A stretch of DNA of 63,700 nucleotides, the filler included, from Octopus bimaculoides (taxonomy: Eukaryota): the NCBI RefSeq assembly GCF_001194135.2. It is 6 parts of 6 records of this genome, joined end to end, with 100 filler letters (N's around TTAATTAATTAA, not from the genome) between each part and the next. Parts side by side here need not be neighbours in the genome. Positions count along the whole stretch, not along the records: positions 1 to 20,326 come from NC_068981.1; positions 20,427 to 36,065 come from NC_068989.1; 4 more parts are not named here. One strand, given 5' to 3'. A program made the position numbers and the translations under genes. Positions 13,130-26,185 of this stretch are shown one piece after another. Each line of letters starts with the position of its first letter. Position 1 is the stretch's first letter. The notes under the pieces are model-generated. The model saw nothing but the letters and a program-made list of their open reading frames with translations, was not told where the DNA came from and did no database searches.

Positions 13130-13850
13130 TGAAATATCTTTTAGGTTGCAGAGAGCAACTGGTTCCTTCAGGTCTCCTGAGTTTCGTATCTGGTCCCAAC
13201 GTGGTGTCACAAGGCGAACAAAAATTGCTGTATACCGTACATGTGTACTGACATCGCTTCTTTACTCATGTGAGACATGGACCCTTTACAAACACGTTAT
13301 GTAAAGGTCCTTGAACGCTTCTATCAGGGATGTCTGAGACACATTCTGAATGTTAGCTGGACCTTAAAAAATCCAGATACATAGGTCCTCGGTTACGTTG
13401 GACTGGACACCTTGTTAGAATGAATGATAACGGGATCCCTAAACAGATGCTGTATGGGGAACTTGCTAGTAGAAAGAGATCCCGGCAGAAGCCAAGACTG
13501 CGATTTAAGGACTGTGTAAAGTCCTCATTAAAGGCCTGTGAAATGCGGGATGCTGACTGGGAGAGCAATGCTTGTCATCACCGCAGATGGGGGAAACAGG
13601 GGAAGGGGACTTTTGAAAGAGCATGTATTCTTCATGAAGAATTTAAACGTGCTGCTCGAAAATGCATTGCTAGTATAATGAATGGGGAAAGCTTGATCTG
13701 CAATGTTTGCAGTCTTATATGTTTGTTAAGAGCAGGGCTCGTTAGTCACCAACGGAGCCGCAAGTGTAAAGTATAAGGTAGTCTTGAGCACACAATGTTC
13801 TTAAAGGTCAGTAATGGTTTTCCTCGGTCACGAGTGGACGGCCATCATCC
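13130..13850 (+). mobile_element. RTE-clade LINE 3' fragment (pseudogene)
   Basis: TKIAVYRTCVLTSLLYSCETWTLY, LERFYQGCLRHIL, RLRWTGHLVRMNDNGIPKQMLYGEL...RLRFKDCVK, C-terminal CxxC...SH zinc finger, 3' end gagtggacggccatcatc. Confidence 0.9.
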
Positions 13851-13933
13851 TGTATGTACAGTAGTGTGCATGCATGTGTCCACATGTAAGCGTGTCAGCA
13901 ATCATGCATACCGTGGAATGTGTAAGTTATTTA

Positions 13934-14147
13934 CGAGGAGGTGCTGAAAAGTTCCTCGCTTTGGGTAAAAGAATGTACAAGAGGAACAGTTAATAATGAT
14001 TTTATTCAACATATTCCTTTCTCAGACTTACTTACTGTAGCGATCCTAAAGTTTTTCTAAGCCCTGTAAAAGAACTCGGAAGGTCGGACCTCCTACCAGG
14101 CCTTTTGCGATACTCTTAAAGCCAGGAACATTTCAGTATCCCCCTCG
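13934..14147. mobile_element. Mariner-type MITE (214 bp)
   Basis: Imperfect TIRs ta|CGAGGAGGTGCTGAAAAGTTCCTCGCTTT and AAAGCCAGGAACATTTCAGTATCCCCCTCG. Confidence 0.8.
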
Positions 14148-15203
14148 TGTATCTTAATTTATTCATGTGTACATATGTTTGTATGTCTAAGCGTGTGTAT
14201 AAGCACTTATGGTATGCTAAACTTCTCGAACATTTTTTCATATTCTCACAGTTCCATTAATGGCTTGGAAGTGCAATTAATTTAGCTGTGTCCTTTTTAG
14301 TTTTGTGAGACTTAACTTCTCAAAGTTGGTCAAAAGTTTTAATTATATATTTCAAAAACATTCCATTAATTGCTGATATAGATGTAAAACTGTATTCTAG
14401 TTACAGTATCTGCAGATTTCTCATACGTTCGTTAGAAAGGTGTTCTTTTAACACTAAGCTTTAGCCTTAAGCTTCAGTAACTGTGTATACTTTCTATTCT
14501 CTGTACAAAGTAAATGTTTGATCTGTTATGCTTACATCGTATAGAAGATTTAATAGAAGCAATCTGCCTGAATTCTTTCGTATTAAGAGTGATTATGCAC
14601 TCCTTCTATTATTACATAATGTTTGGACACATAATCATGCCTCATAAGTTGATAGTATTATGATGATATTGCACAGTTTCTGCAAGACAATTAATTTCTA
14701 CTGTTGGGCCTAATTTCCTTTATAACCGATCGATTATCACGTCGGAATTGTTTTGCTTTATGTACGCATGTACGTATGTATGTATGCATGTTGGATAATG
14801 TTCTAGAGATACTTCCGCGAATAGAATATTGCACGGACATAGCCGAGATGTTTTTCCTCTGAATTCCGTTGGGTCGGTGTGGGCTGGGGTTAAGGAACAG
14901 CTGCAAGATCAGCAACAACAGCAAAATCAGTATTAATAGAAACAACCTTAACAGCATAAGTTTCACATTAGATTTAATGTTTAATTTACGCATTTGAGCA
15001 GATTACTCTTATAGTAAACCTGAGGAGAAACTGCGGCGTATGAACACATATCCCAATCGATTTCAAATAAACCTAGAAACTTAGTTAAAAAGTAAGCACT
15101 TTATCACTGGACAAAAAAAAAAAAATCTTTCACCCAAGTTGTTTATTATCGTAGTGGTTCGGATGATAGAATGTATTACATACAGAGCAACCCTTACTGT
15201 CAT

Positions 15204-15400
15204 AAACGCAGAAATAGGGAACAAATTATTCTATGGTATAATCCTCCATATAGTTCAAATGATTGTTTAATATTGTACCACAATTTCCAAGGCCTTATCT
15301 AATAAACAGTTTCCCGTGAGCGAATGCTCTCATAAGATCTTTAATAGAAAGAGCGTTAAGGTAAGCTATAGTCGCACTGAATACTTCACCTTTTCCATAG
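15204..15400 (+). mobile_element. Penelope-like retroelement remnant (linker between RT and GIY-YIG)
   Basis: KRRNREQIILWYNPPYS, then after a frameshift NKQFP...HKIFNRKSVKVSYS, resembling the PLE motifs IIWFNPPYS and KHFP...LHKIFN.N..KVSYS. Confidence 0.7.
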
Positions 15401-15792
15401 CATGTATATACGGAAGAGAACATTTCCTTGAAAGCAGTAAATATACCTCCCGTCTATGTAATTAACCTTATAAACAATATGTGCTTTTCTAAAGCATTAT
15501 TTTATTAAGCTAAGACACCTTTTTCTCATAGTAGTGAAGTCAAGAGTTATATAAATTTCCTGAAAATACATTAAAAAAGTTTTTGCATCAAGTGCATACA
15601 TTCAGGCATCCAGAAAGAAATATCAACACATCACTCACCAAATATACTTTCATTTTAAGCATAACGACAATAAAAGATGTAATATTTGACTCTCAGAGAA
15701 GAATGACAATCTATTATTGAGCTTTAGTGAATTATTGCATCAATATTTATTGAGGAATATCCAACTACCAACTGGTGGGAAAGATCTATCTA

Positions 15793-15851
<59 letters not shown>

Positions 15852-16453
15852 GTCTGTCTGTCTGTCCGTCCGTCCGTCCGTCCGTCTGTCTGCCTGTCTG
15901 TCTAAATATATGTATATATACATAATATGTATATATATATATATGTGTGTATATATATATTATATATAAACATGTGTGTGTGCGCGTGTGTGCGTGTGTG
16001 TGTATGTGTGTGCATGTATGTATGTGTGTGCGTGTCTAATACATATATGAAAGAATTGATATACCTGCCTACATACATGCACATGAATATATGCACGCAT
16101 ATATAAAATTATATATAAATACGTATAAAAACATATATCAAATTAATGCATGCATCATATGCATACATATGTTAAATTATATACCTGTATGTGTATACAT
16201 GTACAAACACACACAGAGATACACGCGCACACCCACGCACACACACTTGAATCATTAATTGAATATATAAAAAAAAAACCCACACTTCTGTCACATATGA
16301 TGCTGGCCCATTTTACGTTAGTCATCACATTGGTCAAAGAGTGTTTACGTATTTTTGTGTTAACCGAGAAATTTCAAAATTAATGTCTGTATTAATTATT
16401 GCCATCAAGCTTCGGCACAAGGCCAAAAATGCCTTTGAGAGGTTTCCGTCCAT

Positions 16454-16495
<42 letters not shown>

Positions 16496-17234
16496 TAAAG
16501 ATATATATATATATATAATTATATATATATATGGGTCACACTACTTGACAGGCATTTATTTGATCAACCTCAGCAGAATGAAAACCAATGTTGACCCGAG
16601 CGGGGTTTGAACTCAGCATGTCACATTGTCACTATTAATTATAATTATGTAATATGTATAATAATTATTTGGATGGTTTAGTATATCAACTTCCTCGTGT
16701 TTCTTATATGCTTTGTTTCTTTTCCTATGTAACGGCAGACAAACAACAACGCAAACTGACACGTTTACAACTTCTGTCAAACTATTTCGTTTTTAGCATC
16801 AAACGAAATTGGTCTGCATCCTTGTATCCCGTGTACATTCTGGTGGTAAAAAGTTCGCTTCCCAACCACATGATTCCGGGTTCAGTCCCACTGTGTGACA
16901 ACTTGGGCCGGTGTCTTCTACTATAGCCTCTTGCTGAATAAAAGCCTTGTAGGTGGATTCGGTAGACGGAAATTGAAAGAAGTACGTCGTACATTTTATA
17001 TATATATTTTACTGGTTTCAGGTAGACGATGCGGCCATGCTCAATGTGTCTGGGTTTCTTTTCTGTACTGCTTTTAATGAAGTAGAGATTTGGAGAAAGT
17101 TTCTCTTCTTTGTGTCTCCTGCCGCGATGTGGGATCATCTAGTATTTCAGATAAAAATTTATTCAGACGCTATTTGAAGACCTCTTCTTACATACATACA
17201 TACATACATACTTGCATCCATATATAAATGCATG

Positions 17235-17306
<72 letters not shown>

Positions 17307-17465
17307 CATACAAACATACATCACACATATATATGTACTGTAGAAAGAATGTACAGGCAAATAATTGGTATTTGTTTAGAGCAACACTCAGCTTGGATCA
17401 CAACGCCAAGTTATATAAGTGTTTGTGCGTGCGTATGTGTGCGTGTGTGGGTGCATGCGTGTGTA

Positions 17466-17496
<31 letters not shown>

Positions 17497-18912
17497 GTAT
17501 GTGTGTGCGTTTGTCCCTCCATCACCGCCTGTCAAACGGTTTTAGTGCGTTTCCGTCCCGTAATATAGCAGTTCAGCAAAAGAGACCGATAGAATAAGTA
17601 TTACGCTTTAAATAAAGAAGTCCTGGGGTCGATTTGTTCGACTAAAACCTGTCACGGCTGTGCTCTAGCCTGACCACAGTCAAATGATACAGTAATATAT
17701 CTATATATATAAATGTGTATGTATATGTGCGTGTATGTATGTATGTATGTATGTATGTATGTATGTATGTATGTATGTATGTATGTATGTATGTATAAGC
17801 GCGTGTGTCGGTATGTGTGTGCACGGATGGAGGTACGAGTGTGCATGCGCACATGTGTATGTATATTTATCGTCAAAGGTAGGTAATCAGATACAATGTA
17901 GGCGTGTCTATATGATCATGTTATACTTTTTTGCATACGCACACTCGCACACGCACTCTCACTCTCACACACACACACATATCTAATGATTGTTTGCATG
18001 TATATGTGTCAGCTTCACTATGAGTATGTACGAGTGTATGTTCGTACGTTTGCGTCTGTGTATGTTTGTATGTATGTATGCATGTATGTTTGAATCTGTT
18101 TAAATACGCCCACCCACACACATATATATATCTATACATATACATACATATATATATATTTTTTTTTTTTTTAAAGTTTCAGCTTAGAGCTGCGGCCATG
18201 CTGATGCACATATATATATATATATATATATANNNNNNNNNNNNNNNNNNNNNNNNNNNNNNNNNNNNNNNNNNNNNNNNNNNNNNNNNNNNNNNNNNNN
18301 NNNNNNNNNNNNNNNNNNNNNNNNNNNNNNNNNNNNNNNNNNNNNNNNNNNNNNNNNNNNNNNNNNNNNNNNNNNNNNNNNNNNNNNNNNNNNNNNNNNN
18401 NNNNNNNNNNNNNNNNNNNNNNNNNNNNNNNNNNNNNNNNNNNNNNNNNNNNNNNNNNNNNNNNNNNNNNNNNNNNNNNNNNNNNNNNNNNNNNNNNNNN
18501 NNNNNNNNNNNNNNNNNNNNNNNNNNNNNNNNNNNNNNNNNNNNNNNNNNNNNNNNNNNNNNNNNNNNNNNNNNNNNNNNNNNNNNNNNNNNNNNNNNNN
18601 NNNNNNNNNNNNNNNNNNNNNNNNNNNNNNNNNNNNNNNNNNNNNNNNNNNNNNNNNNNNNNNNNNNNNNNNNNNNNNNNNNNNNNNNNNNNNNNNNNNN
18701 NNNNNNNNNNNNNNNNNNNNNNNNNNNNNNNNNNNNNNNNNNNNNNNNNNNNNNNNNNNNNNNNNNNNNNNNNNNNNNNNNNNNNNNNNNNNNNNNNNNN
18801 NNNNNNNNNNNNNNNNNNNNNNNNNNNNNNNNNNNNNNNNNNNNNNNNNNNNNNNNNNNNNNNNNNNNNNNNNNNNNNNNNNNNNNNNNNNNNNNNNNNN
18901 NNNNNNNNNNNN

Positions 18913-18944
<32 letters not shown>

Positions 18945-20120
18945 GTACGTATATATCTATATGTGTGTGGTCTTTGTGTCCGTGTTTGTTCTGTTCTCGC
19001 ACCACCGCTTGACAACCAGTTTTGGTGAGTTTATGTGTCCATAACATAGCGGTTCGGCGAAAACATATCCAAGAGAGTAAATACTAGGCTTAAGAAATCA
19101 GTTCTGATGTCGATTTGTTCAACTTTAGTTCAACCTTTCAAAGCGGTACCCCAGTATGGCCGCAGTCAAATCAGTGAAACAAGTGAAAAAGACGAAAAAC
19201 ATTAAAAAAAAAAACGAAGCAAAACAAAACAATAGAACAACGTAGAAGAACCCTTTATCCGCTAGCTGTTTCGGTTTAAATGTGGTTGTGATTATTAGCA
19301 ATGTAGTTAAAATATGATTGTTGCAATATATCACATTTTCAAGAATGAAAATAACATTACTTTTGTCAATAGTTACTGTTGATTTTCTGATGATCAAATC
19401 CTGTCGGAGGCGATGTTGCCTATCATCCTACCTGAGTCGATAACACATATCTATCAAGACTGGTGATCGATATAATCAACTTAAGCTGTTGAGCCCTGTG
19501 CGAATTTTACTTATCAATATTGGTTTCAAATTTCGGCACGAGACCACCAATTTTGGAGAAAGGGTTTCATCGATTAGATCGACCCCAGTGCTCAACTGGT
19601 ACTCATTTTATCGATCTCGAAGGGATGAAAGGCAAAGTCGACTCCATTTGAACTCAGTTTTATTAATCAATATTATTGTAGCGGCGTACGGCAGAATTAG
19701 TAGAAACATAACAAAACATCGTACCAGATAAATACTGGAATCGATGTAATCGGTTTTCTCTTGTTACAATTGTCTGACCTTGTTCTTAGTTTAGTAATCG
19801 ATTTTTATAAATAATCAATCAATGTTTTTATCATTCTGAATCATATTGATTAAAATTGCTATGACGAGACAAATACATTTATTACATAGCATATTATTTC
19901 TATAGCAAAGTCAATGTAAATGCAGCCATATTTTGCAATGCCATAGAATAAAGCTTCGTTGTTTCGTTCACTCATTTACGACTGGAATCCAGCATGTCAA
20001 AACGATAATGCTGTTTTCATTAAAAATAACTAAGCCCACCTTGCTCCGCCTCCAACTGATTCGTTGGTTGGTGTATTCCAGTTACGCATTGTCTTTGGTA
20101 AATTTGACATTTCATGCATA

Positions 20121-20178
<58 letters not shown>

Positions 20179-20226
20179 GAGTATGCATGTATATATATGC
20201 ATATACATATGTATATGCATATATAT

Positions 20227-20319
20227 CCGGACTCCCGTTTGCGCCGTGAACAGAGATTAATCTTCTATCTTCGCTCCTTTGCGCCACATGGGCTCAACTC
20301 CCCTCCACTCTTCATCTAA
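20227..20319 (+). mobile_element. Penelope-like GIY-YIG C-terminal fragment
   Basis: PDSRLRREQRLIFYLRSFAPHGLNSPPLFI* carries the PLE endonuclease terminal motif EQ..I..L....P.GLN. Confidence 0.75.
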
Positions 20320-20326
20320 CCCCCCT

Positions 20327-20426
20327 NNNNNNNNNNNNNNNNNNNNNNNNNNNNNNNNNNNNNNNNNNNNTTAATTAATTAANNNNNNNNNNNNNNNNNN
20401 NNNNNNNNNNNNNNNNNNNNNNNNNN
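20327..20426. other. Assembly placeholder gap: 44 N + TTAATTAATTAA + 44 N (also 36066-36165, 55566-55665, 60814-60913, 62527-62626)
   Basis: The same palindromic 12-mer with stops in all six frames sits centred in 100-bp gaps five times. Confidence 0.9.
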
Positions 20427-21513
20427 GTTACCATAGTTAACAACTGAGAGCGAATTATTAATTAGTCTAAAAATTCAAACGATAGAAACTTAATGAAATC
20501 ATAGACGAAGGAAAAGAAAAAACATGATGATGGAAATGAAGTCCAGAGAGTATCAGTTCAAGAGAAGAATCTATTGAAATAAAAGATTGTTCCTTGGAAA
20601 TGATGGTATCAGAAATGCAGGTGGTGGTGGTGGTGGGGGGGGGGAAGATATTTAAATCTTAGTCATATCATTGTGTGTTGGAAAGCCAAATGAGTGACTT
20701 ATTACTATTCCACTTCTAGGTTCAATCTCTTTAATTGGTAATCTTGAGAGAATTTTCATTCATGACCAGTAACAGGAAAGGAAGACTTCATTTCTTTGTA
20801 TGACTAGAACTTACTGCCTAATTTAGGTATATTTTCACTTTTATTTTCTCTGTTATTTGCAGGAAATATTGCATAGTGCTCTACTTTTTCATCATTAATG
20901 TCATTTGAGGAAAACGGTATGTCATTTCCTACATCTATTTTTAATGTTAATTCATTCTCATATTTTATGATTTATGACAGACTGTTGCAATTATTTCCTT
21001 TTCCCCCCTCTGCAACCGTCAGAAAACTCTACAAACAAAATTATTTGAAAAGGCTTTTTGCAAGTAGAAAAGAACGTTATGGCAAGACTGGTGAATACCC
21101 ATTTATATCTATTTGTACATAAAAAATATAATATAAGCATCGGATAACGTTGAGGGACTATTTTTTAAAAATGTTTCAAAAATTGACGATTTTCGTAAAA
21201 TTGATGATTTAAATCACAAAGAAATTTATTACCTGCATGTTTCTTAGGTTGATAGAACGATCAGCACAATGAATTTCAGGATATGAAGAAAAAAAAGAAA
21301 AAAAAAAAGAAAAAAGAAAAAGCATGGCAATGAAAATATACTTTGTTGTGATTTATGAAATGATGGGAGATCTTCAAATTAAATGAAAAATCTTATCCGA
21401 TTTAAAATGAAACAAAGATTTCAACATCAGCAAACTTATGAATTTTTTACAAACATTTTCTATAAATGTTCTGTGACTGTGTTTAAATGTTTATGTTTTC
21501 TATCTACGAACAA

Positions 21514-21545
<32 letters not shown>

Positions 21546-22895
21546 GCCCTCAAAATACATTTTACTTTATCATACGAGGCACATGACATTCGAGATAAAA
21601 CGGAATTTTAAAACAGTTTTCTCTGTGACTTGAGAGGAAATAAAATTTATTTTCTCTGAAGAGAGATGCAAATTTAAGAAAAGAAGCTCATCTTATTAAA
21701 ATAGATGAATGTAAAGTTAAGAAAACTTAGTCGAATTTATTTTGTCGTTACTTACGAGGAAAGGCGATATGAGTAACTAGCAAACCCTCCTACGACTGAG
21801 GTGGTGGAGTCGGTAGAATGCAGTCGCTGTACTTCCTGCATGGCGTAAGAGGCGACTAAAAGGGGCTGGAGCGAAGGAACTGGGAATCCTCTCCTAGTAA
21901 ATCCATATTCCTAAAAAAAAAACAGCAAGAAAAACGGTTTTACAGAGTAAAGAAGGCATTTTATTACAAGTGATCTTACATAGAATGGAATGTTTATTTT
22001 TACAATGAAAAATATATTGCATTCGTTCGTGCCAACGCGTGCTTCAAATGATTACAACAAAAAGCAAGCTTTTGTCATTTTTCCCATTCATTAATTAATT
22101 GTATAGACATAGACATCAGTCATCGTTCGGTTACATCTCCAAATGGCGTTTGTGCTGTGTCATAATTCAGTTACAACGACTTCAATGAGATGCTGGTGTC
22201 ATCGAAGTTTAGTTTGTAGTAGGCCTGCAGTATTTCGGACAGAAACAAAGCGATGACGTCATGTTGCGGGACAGATTATCGATTTCTGTGAAAAGAGAGA
22301 GCCGGGTAACCGGGGGAGAAGAAAAGCAGATGTAGATATGAGAATAGTTGAATAGTTTGCACACAGTTAGTGACATCGAAGTAATAGTAGAACAAGAAGG
22401 TAAGTTTCGATGGTGGCTGTAACTATTTAGAAAACCGTTATAATCTGACGGAAACCACAGGCCATCAATGTAAACCAATGCAATAATTTTCAAACAGCAT
22501 TTCATTTTGTTTCATTCCATTTCATTTTCATCAAAAACAATCAAAAATGCGGTCGATTGTCTGCAAGTTGGAAGTCCCAAATATAAGTCCTTTGCAAAGA
22601 TAAATAAGGTCCAGTAGGCCATTTTAAGGGCTACATTTTTCTCAGGGACACTCAAAAGTAAACTTGAGCCATTCTATGGTGAGTCAATGAGTTAATGTTT
22701 TTGGAACAGAAAATATGTTTCTCAATGTTGTGAAGGCTAACAGTAGACAGGAATGTAAACATGGAAATTAACAAGCCATGTTTATAGAGAAATGTCTGCG
22801 GAGGCAATTAATATTATCTTCATAACCATCAGCTTCAACACCATCGACATCGTTGCCATTCTTAACCTCATTGTAGAGTAATAGTAGTAGCAGAA

Positions 22896-22898
22896 TTA

Positions 22899-22942
<44 letters not shown>

Positions 22943-23672
22943 TAGTTTTATTTTTATAACGTGCTTTCACTTCACTACCGAGCGCAGCTCTGTGCGCCTT
23001 GGGTATGTGCTGTGGTTTGCTGTGGTGCTCTTATGTTTACTGTATTGAAAGTGTTTTGCGTAGAATGTGTGCAGTACCCAGTAGTGCAATTTTCTGTATG
23101 TTATATATATTTGTAAGTCCTGGTGTTTTTGTTATGTATTTGTCTGAATATTTTTTTATTATACCTAAGGCACCTACTATGATAGGAATTGTTTCTGTTT
23201 TTAGATTCCACANNNNNNNNNNNNNNNNNNNNNNNNNNNNNNNNNNNNNNNNNNNNNNNNNNNNNNNNNNNNNNNNNNNNNNNNNNNNNNNNNNNNNNNN
23301 NNNNNNNNNNNNNNNNNNNNNNNNNNNNNNNNNNNNNNNNNNNNNNNNNNNNNNNNNNNNNNNNNNNNNNNNNNNNNNNNNNNNNNNNNNNNNNNNNNNN
23401 NNNNNNNNNNNNNNNNNNNNNNNNNNNNNNNNNNNNNNNNNNNNNNNNNNNNNNNNNNNNNNNNNNNNNNNNNNNNNNNNNNNNNNNNNNNNNNNNNNNN
23501 NNNNNNNNNNNNNNNNNNNNNNNNNNNNNNNNNNNNNNNNNNNNNNNNNNNNNNNNNNNNNNNNNATAATATGATTTATTGTTTCTTGTCGATCTCCACA
23601 TATTCTACAGTTACTTGTTATATTTCTTTTCATTATGTGTTTTTGGTAATTTCTGGTGGGGAGGCTTTGGTC
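22896..23672 (-). mobile_element. R4/Dong-clade non-LTR 3' fragment (restriction-like endonuclease region), flanked by (TAA)n on both sides, internal gap
   Basis: DQSLPTRNYQKHIMKRNITSNCRICGDRQETINHI ... WNLKTETIPIIVGALGII...IQKIALLGTAHILRKTLSIQ*, about 95-nt 3' UTR, then (TAA)n. Confidence 0.9.
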
Positions 23673-23689
23673 TTATTATTATTATTATG

Positions 23690-23770
<81 letters not shown>
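23673..23770. repeat. (ATT)n microsatellite, representative of dozens of (TA)n, (TG)n, (TATG)n, (TATC)n, (GTCT)n and (ATT)n tracts
   Basis: Directly visible; many N gaps abut such tracts. Confidence 0.95.
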
Positions 23771-23772
<2 letters not shown>

Positions 23773-24992
23773 GCTCCACCTCACCACCACAACCACCACC
23801 ACCGTCATTGATTTCTCTCCCTCTGTCCCGGTGCTCTCTTGTTAAATTCAACAGAAATAGATCACCATGGCAGTAATCCATGTTACAATTCCTTCTACAT
23901 CTTGAATTTTATTCTTTAACAATCTAAATTTTCGAACATTGATTAAATGAGTTGGACGAATATAACGTGCTACGGAAAATGATTTTCTGCTGTCTGAAGT
24001 CAAATGTCTGATGCAATGTTGAAGAATAAAACAGGAAATAACTTCTGCGTAGATGTTTCATTTGTGTGCCATTTGTGCTCGCAAATAGATTATTGCATGG
24101 AAGTTAAAACGGAGAGAATAAGAAAGGTAATATATAGGTATTTATTCTGATGGAAACATAAATGGTTTCTCGTTCAGTTTAAACAGATTGCTTGTTGAAG
24201 ACGTTTGTTAAAGACACATCAAAATGTGTGTGGCAACAGATGCTTCAATCTTGTAAGTTGACTATGTTAATTTTGCATAGGAAATTGTAGCAGAAGATTG
24301 TGGTATTTTATCGAGTTGACTATCAAAAAGTTTCAAATGCCAAGCGTGAGAATTTCCTTGGATTTGACTTGATGGACAAATGTTTTCTTATGTTTGCTAA
24401 TAAAACCTAAAAGAAAACAACGAAACACAAAACGTATATTTGCTGCATGAAAGCCTGAAGCAAATTCAATGATAATTGTCATATACAAAGAGACTTGGAT
24501 AGCGCAAATGCTCAATCGACTTGCAGACAAACAGAAAATATATCATTTAGCTATGCACAAAATGCAAGCGATGAAACTGCATTACGTGTTAGCTAGAGTA
24601 TAAGTGAGTTTGTGTGTTGCGTATGCGAAAATGCAATTGAATCTGCGCGTTACATACTCGAAATTCAAGTGAGGTTTACATGCATTACAAGTGTGTACAA
24701 ATTTCAGATGAGTCTGCATGGCAGATACGATGTATGCTTTGGCTCAATAGTCTTATAGCTGGTTTCATTCATAAGAATACGGTCGTCTTCAAGAACCGCG
24801 TTGAGAAGTTTAGTCGATCGTATCCATCTTGCTGCAGTTTTGACGTCTTGCGTCTCCTTTTATCGATTTCTTTTTAACAGACTAATAGCTTGGCGGACAT
24901 AAACAAACAGTACTGCTTCTGTAAGTGGTGCCAACGAAACAATCAGACACGGAAACACGTAGAAACACACACCTAATACAGGCATACAATTA

Positions 24993-25040
<48 letters not shown>

Positions 25041-25940
25041 NNNNNNNNNNNNNNNNNNNNNNNNNNNNNNNNNNNNNNNNNNNNNNNNNNNNNNNNNNNN
25101 NNNNNNNNNNNNNNNNNNNNNNNNNNNNNNNNNNNNNNNNNNNNNNNNNNNNNNNNNNNNNNNNNNNNNNNNNNNNNNNNNNNNNNNNNNNNNNNNNNNN
25201 NNNNNNNNNNNNNNNNNNNNNNNNNNNNNNNNNNNNNNNNNNNNNNNNNNNNNNNNNNNNNNNNNNNNNNNNNNNNNNNNNNNNNNNNNNNNNNNNNNNN
25301 NNNNNNNNNNNNNNNNNNNNNNNNNNNNNNNNNNNNNNNNNNNNNNNNNNNNNNNNNNNNNNNNNNNNNNNNNNGCCCCCTCCGCACCCGCCATTTCCTT
25401 TCCATTTCCGTATTATCATTCCAAATCCCATTATGATTATCATTACCATTACCATCACCCAATCATGGTCCTCTTTGCCGCCGCCGCTACCACAGCCGTC
25501 ATTGTCATCGTCATTGTTATCATCGTAGCCATCACCATCTTCATCGTCGTCGTCGTCATCATCATGATCATCATCATCATCCTCATCATCATCAACTTCG
25601 TTCGTTTCATTTCCCTCCTCGGCCCTGTTTTTATCGTGGTAAGTTCAATACAAATATGTTCCTGCAAATGGTATAACAAAGCGCATTACTTTATGAGGAC
25701 GAATCACGTAATACGCACGCACACGCACCCCCCACACACAAAGAGACAAGCATCCGCTCAACCTTGGACATCATTTTAACGCTTACAAATGTTTTAGTTG
25801 ATAGTTTTCCCAGAAACAGAATCAAATTAAAAAAAAAACAAGTATATGACGTCTTAAATATTTTTTGGGTTATTGTATAAAGTGAAGAGACGCAGGTTCT
25901 TCCCTGGAAGATCAAATGTTTATATCAGTAAATTTACTTA

Positions 25941-26070
25941 CATTATTCCCGCGCCAAACTGCGGTTCACTTATCGCACACTCAGTACATCGCGGATTTTT
26001 GGTGCTAATATATGTAAATTTATATCGCGGTCTCCTCAGTATATCCGGGTTTCTGCGGCCGATAGGTATT
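25941..26070. mobile_element. pogo/Tigger-like MITE left end, degenerate
   Basis: ta|cattattcccgcg...gcggttcacttatcgc...catcgcggattttt resembles recalled Tigger-type subterminal repeats; the other TIR was not found. Confidence 0.4.
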
Positions 26071-26185
26071 TATATTTTTTAGATAATAATTATTTCTGTG
26101 AGAAGTTTTGGAACGATAGTCGAGGGATTGCTGTGTTCCAAAACATCATTCACAGCGACTGAAATACGTTTCACTAGATATATAT

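Noticed and set aside
14797-14935. Plus frame ending KEQLQDQQQQQNQY*
   Set aside because: Short, weak acceptor, no recognisable homology.
20371-20382. Recurrent TTAATTAATTAA palindrome (5 copies)
   Set aside because: Always centred in 44N+12+44N; a six-frame-stop assembly spacer, not biology.
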